This document shows, piece after piece, positions 1 through 352 of a DNA stretch of 352 nt. The notes beneath the pieces were generated by a model, which did not search any database, was not told where the DNA came from, and was given only the letters and a program-made list of their open reading frames with translations. Source of the DNA: an uncultured virus (IMG/VR IMGVR_UViG_2049941000_000062). Its lineage: Duplodnaviria > Heunggongvirae > Uroviricota > Caudoviricetes. A program made the position numbers and the translations under genes. The DNA is taken from the IMG/VR virus record IMGVR_UViG_2049941000_000062; one strand, given 5' to 3'. Within the stretch, counting starts at the first letter, position 1. Each line of letters begins with the position of its first letter.

Positions 1-114
1 GATTTCGGTAGCAGTTGTAGTATCGGTAGCAGTAACACCCTTAGAGATTTGTGAAACGGAAGAAACCTCTCTGATTTCGTCCTTAATATTCATACGTTCG
101 GTAAAGAGTGCTGT
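1..114 (-). CDS. Partial CDS, probable phage portal (head-tail connector) protein, internal fragment of 38 codons: TALFTERMNIKDEIREVSSVSQISKGVTATDTTTATEI
   Basis: Seen: the minus-strand frame starting at 114 has no stop through position 1. The other two minus frames stop early (TGA after QQHSLPNV; TAA after NSTLYRTYEY). Its codons (GAA, ATC, GTT, GCT, ACT, CGT) resemble those of the capsid-like block. Recalled knowledge: an amphipathic helix (IKDEIREVSSV) followed by G-x(n)-TATE(I/V) is typical of P22-like and T7-like portal proteins. The fragment is short, so the product call is moderate. Confidence 0.6.
5..33. repeat. Short direct repeat TCGGTAGCAGT x2 (5-15 and 23-33, 18-nt period) inside the putative portal frame
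   Basis: Seen: an exact 11-nt duplication. On the minus strand both copies read ACT GCT ACC GA in frame, giving TATD-TT-TATE. Confidence 0.7.
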
Positions 115-116
115 TG

Positions 117-126
117 NNNNNNNNNN
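117..126. other. Assembly gap or join spacer (10 N)
   Basis: Seen: exactly 10 undetermined bases. The best reading frame and the inferred protein identity both change across it. Confidence 0.95.
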
Positions 127-127
127 T

Positions 128-175
128 GAATGCGCCACCAGCGTTCTGTGCGCCGTATGTATAGTTCACGGTTAT
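128..175 (-). CDS. Possible coding fragment of unknown product (ITVNYTYGAQNAGGAF)
   Basis: Seen: 16 stop-free codons with an alternating beta-strand-like pattern (ITVNYTY) followed by Gly/Ala-rich residues. Another minus frame (YNRELYIRRTERWWRI) and one plus frame are also open, so the frame is not established. Confidence 0.3.
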
Positions 176-177
176 AG

Positions 178-187
178 NNNNNNNNNN
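178..187. other. Assembly gap or join spacer (10 N)
   Basis: Seen: exactly 10 undetermined bases, the same length as the first gap, which suggests a fixed placeholder rather than a measured distance. Confidence 0.95.
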
Positions 188-352
188 GCGGTTTGCAACT
201 GGAGCTTTAGCTTCATCGAGGTAAGCGTTAGCTTTCATAAAGTCTTCGTAGACGTTGTCGCCTGCAGAAACAGCTTGTGAAACTGCAGTAGCACCTGCAG
301 CACCAGCTGCGATACGGTTAGCGTCGATTTCTGGGATAACTTGTTCGTCCAT
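188..352 (-). CDS. Partial CDS, probable tailed-phage (Caudoviricetes) major capsid protein, internal fragment of 55 codons: MDEQVIPEIDANRIAAGAAGATAVSQAVSAGDNVYEDFMKANAYLDEAKAPVANR
   Basis: Seen: the frame is open for the whole block. Codon use is strongly biased: all 14 Ala are GCT/GCA, all 3 Ile ATC, all 4 Asn AAC and all 4 Glu GAA, as expected for a highly expressed gene. Recalled knowledge: the layout (E/Q)xVxPExDxxR - short Ala/Thr-rich linker - NxYE...LDEAxxPxxxR matches my memory of a widespread group of HK97-fold capsid proteins, in which a hydrophobic strand ending in TP/SP follows the final R. Inference: the ATG at the window edge is probably an internal Met, and the gene is cut at the N gap. 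Confidence 0.75.

Noticed and set aside
43..90. Possible hairpin or terminator (AGAG 43-46 / CTCT 67-70; AATATT palindrome 85-90)
   Set aside because: The stems are too short and AT-rich, there is no U-tract, and the region lies inside an open coding frame.
83..115. C-terminus NSTLYRTYEY-stop of the supplied ORF, or a programmed frameshift into the portal-like frame
   Set aside because: The frame relationship depends entirely on placeholder gap lengths, so neither a true stop nor a frameshift can be inferred.
117..187. Two equal-length N runs flanking a 51-nt unique block, superficially like a masked CRISPR repeat-spacer unit
   Set aside because: No repeat sequence is visible, 10 nt is too short for a CRISPR repeat, block lengths are irregular (116, 51, 165) and the flanking blocks look protein-coding.
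207..238. Near repeat TTAGCTTCAT (207-216) / TTAGCTTTCAT (228-238)
   Set aside because: Short and imperfect, and accounted for by similar codons in MKAN and DEAK.
262..310. Three CTGCAG palindromes (262-267, 283-288, 295-300) and GCACC repeated at a 9-nt period (291, 300)
   Set aside because: Explained by GCT/GCA/GGT codon bias in the Ala/Gly-rich peptide. No independent regulatory or repeat structure is evident.
350..352. ATG at the window edge as a true start codon
   Set aside because: No upstream sequence is available to show a ribosome-binding site, and the motif that follows is internal in the capsid proteins it resembles.

Overview
This 352-nt window is not one continuous sequence. 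It has three short blocks (1-116, 127-177, 188-352) joined by two runs of exactly 10 N (117-126, 178-187), which look like placeholder gaps or contig joins. The supplied 89-aa ORF (83..352, minus strand) reads through both gaps and is probably chimeric. Read block by block on the minus strand, 352->188 encodes a peptide (EQVIPEIDANR...NVYEDF...LDEAKAPVANR) resembling an internal part of a tailed-phage major capsid protein. Block 114->1 has a stop-free frame, missed by the ORF track, encoding TALFTERMNIKDEIREVSSVSQISKGVTATDTTTATEI, which resembles the conserved G...TATE(I/V) region of phage portal proteins. The 51-nt middle block is too short to assign. The best reading is fragments of a phage or prophage head-morphogenesis module. 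The family calls come from remembered motifs, not from a database search. I find no supportable evidence of a new biological system.
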